Origin: Zootoca vivipara
Lineage: Eukaryota
DNA length: 64,000 nt
Reading direction: 5' to 3'
Assembly (NCBI RefSeq): GCF_963506605.1
Contig: NC_083287.1
Coordinates: 9,424,001-9,488,000 of the forward strand
Shown here: one piece after another, positions 61,523-64,000 of the stretch
Position numbering within the stretch: position 1 is the first letter of the stretch
Layout: the number at the start of each line of letters is the position of its first letter
Position numbers and translations under genes: made by a program
The notes under the pieces: generated by a model
Seen by the model: only the letters and a program-made list of their open reading frames with translations
Told to the model about the DNA's origin: nothing
Databases searched by the model: none

Positions 61523-62012
61523 GCAGGAGGGACAGGATGAAGAGGGGGTGCTTATCTTTTCCTCTGGTGATCTTTGCTCCTGACAAAATTGCTCTCTGTC
61601 CTCCCCTTTCCCCCCTTTTTAAGAAGAGGTACAGCAGTGGTGGGGAACATCTGGCCAGGAGGCCTACTAAGTCCTGCAGACCTCTTCATTTGGTCTGCGA
61701 GGCCATTTTTGCCAAGTCACAAGCCCACCTGCTCTCCTTCTGATGTCATAGATGACATCAGGTGTGGGGCAAGTAAAGACTCAGCTGGACCAAAAAGGGA
61801 CTTGCAAGCCCCAATGATCAGTTGATCCAATACCTATCTACACTTCCCTTCCATTCCTCTTCCAATTTTGATTCTCTTCTAAAGGGCCCCAGAGAGGAGG
61901 AGATGAACCACAGCAGTAGTCAATCACAATGGTAAAGTGCTTCCCTGCTGGACAGAGCAAACTTTAAATGGCATCGGAAAGACGGAGCTAAATGTCCGAT
62001 CTAAGAATCCAC

Positions 62013-62149
62013 CAGGGCTTTCTTTTCAGCCGAAACTCACCGGAACTCAGTTCCGGCGTCTCTTAGGTGGGCACCATTGCCATTCTAAGAGAATGAGGGA
62101 GATGCTCGTGGTGAGTTCTGGCACCTCTTTTTCTAGAAAAATAGCACTG
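62013..62149. mobile_element. hAT (Tip100-like) MITE
   Basis: CAGGGCTTTCTTT / AAAAATAGCACTG; perfect TSD GAATCCAC. Confidence 0.87.
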
Positions 62150-63314
62150 GAATCCACCATGTGTTAGTCTTCACAATTAGGTGTATGTGCCATTTTAATA
62201 ACAAAGTGCAGTAACTTGCTAATTGTTTTCATTAATTAAATATTTTCTGAAGCATCTGTTTAGAATGCAGCAGAGCGATCTGAATGAAATTCCACTGAAC
62301 TGTGGCTTTTAGAGGGTGAAACCCTCTAAAACTGCTTAGGAGAAGTCATACTTTTAATATAGACACAGCAGCTTTAATTACCCATGGTTTGTTATACTAT
62401 TAAAAGCATTGAAGAGCCATCAAGCCGTTCAGCCTGCCCAGCCTCACATCCATTTCAGCCCATTTGCCAAGGCGAGTTCCTTTCATTTTAGGTAGGATCT
62501 GCTTTTGACATCTCCCATCTGAAAAAAGCCCAAACATCCTCACAATATTAAAGACTTATATTGTCTTCTTCTGGAAACGGTGAAAGAAGAGTAATACAAT
62601 GAACTGTCAAATAAATAAATAAAATAAAAAACATTTCCTTTGTGGTTACTTTTGAGATGGCAGACAACTGCATCAAACAGCACAAGCCAAGAGATTTATA
62701 TCCGGAATTCACATTCACCGTGGTTTTGAGCTCTATGCAGCCAACGTAAGATTCTGATCTTTACAGGGATGCTGTGAGCTATTCTTCAGCAGCCAGTCTC
62801 CCATGTAGAGAGCTTATTGTGTAGTTCAACTCATTATCAATACAATACTGCCAACAGAAGAATTCAATATATCTGTCTTCAGTTGTTCGAACAATGCATT
62901 CTAGATACCAAAGGACGACCTGCTGCACATTAGGGTCCACTTTATGTAGATTTGTTTACTGATCCCTTATTCCAAGCCAGTCTCCAACCTCCCTTCTCTC
63001 AGTGCCCCCTCATCAGATCCAGACACCATCTTTGTCCAGCCAGCCCTTGACAGGCATCAACTGCAGAGCTTGGAGTCCTGCTCTCACACCACAAGGAATG
63101 ATGGATAATGCACACTTCAACGTTGAAATATTGTCTTAAGCAGACTGGGCAATGCACACCTTTATCAAGATAAGTCGACTTGATCCCCAAATCCTGATAG
63201 ATCATTCTGAGTGACTTGAGGAAATTGTTCTGTGCATTTCCCAAATTATCTCAATAATTATCTGAGCAACAAGCACATTACACACAGAAAGTTGGATACC
63301 TTCCGTAACATTTT

Positions 63315-63367
63315 CTAGTTCAATTCTTCAATCACCTCCTCCATCTCCGCTTGTGACATTAGCACTG
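63315..63367 (-). CDS. Possible terminal coding exon of an upstream minus-strand gene (xVLMSQAEMEEVIEELN*); unidentified
   Basis: Acceptor GTTTTATCTCCCCATTGCATCAG|CAG (NAGNAG); purine-rich codon-like stretch ending in TAG; unique sequence downstream with ATTAAA candidates at ~62194-62378. Confidence 0.35.
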
Positions 63368-63562
63368 CTGATGCAATGGGGAGATAAAACTAAAACAGCA
63401 TTTTATCACAGATCAACATCCGTATCTCTTGGCAGGAAACAAATGACCACAGGGGCTTTATAATGCCCTCAGGCACAGGAGCTTTTGCAGTAATCTGTGA
63501 CAAATAAAGGAGGCATGTTATGGAACTAACTCCTAACAGATTATGGTACAAATGAAAGATTC

Positions 63563-63658
63563 ATGAATGTTTGTTTGTTTGTTTGTTTGTTTTGTATAAT
63601 GTTTTAAATGTGTTTATTTTGGAAAATTTAATAAATAATTATTTAAAAAAAAAAAAAA
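63563..63658 (+). mobile_element. Poly(A)-tailed retroposed fragment (probable L1-type 3' end)
   Basis: 15-bp TSD ACAAATGAAAGATTC (63548-63562, 63659-63673); AATAAA at 63630-63635; A-tail 63645-63658. Confidence 0.85.
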
Positions 63659-64000
63659 ACAAATGAAAGATTCTATGCATTTTCAGTGGCACTTGCAAAA
63701 AGAGAGAAACTGATGCCCAGAGGGGGAAATGTGTACATTTTAAATGCCACTGCATGCCTTCTACGGTAATACATATCCCTGCTCCTCATAAAAGTAGCAT
63801 TTCAGAATTCAGTCCAGATAGCCTGCAACTTCAAATCAATAAAAGGTTGGGGTTTTTTTTAATTAGCCGCAATCAGTACCGAAAAACGCACTTGATTTTT
63901 AGCCAAACAACCAAGCAGCGTGGACTGAGAAATTATGCATATGAGGGAATTTAGAAAACAAGAAGCATTCTAGCAAGTTGTATGAACAATGTATGAACAA

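Overview
Vertebrate genomic DNA from a squamate reptile, probably a lacertid-like lizard. This is inferred from the repeat repertoire: Sauria SINE, BovB/RTE, CR1, L2, Penelope-like fragments and many hAT and Tc1/mariner MITEs. The window is almost entirely non-coding. A CpG island at ~13.6-15.2 kb is the promoter of an unidentified minus-strand gene. Its first exon ends at a donor at 14104, a uORF-rich second exon lies at 13283-13525, and an intron appears to run off the left edge. About 48 kb of TE-rich intergenic DNA follows, with CTCF-like motifs, enhancer-like blocks and one 144-N gap. A possible terminal exon of an upstream minus-strand gene lies at ~63.3 kb. The most notable observations are: (i) two tiny TSD-flanked Penelope-derived inserts carrying minimal type I hammerhead ribozyme motifs, one starting exactly at helix I; (ii) one Charlie/Buster-type MITE family inserted twice, in opposite orientations, at the identical 8-bp site of another hAT MITE family, with an empty copy in the window as control; (iii) a hAT element carrying what looks like a captured CpG-island first exon. 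Nearly all ORFs in the supplied track are spurious apart from LINE reverse-transcriptase fragments. TE family names come from recalled consensus features, not from a database search.
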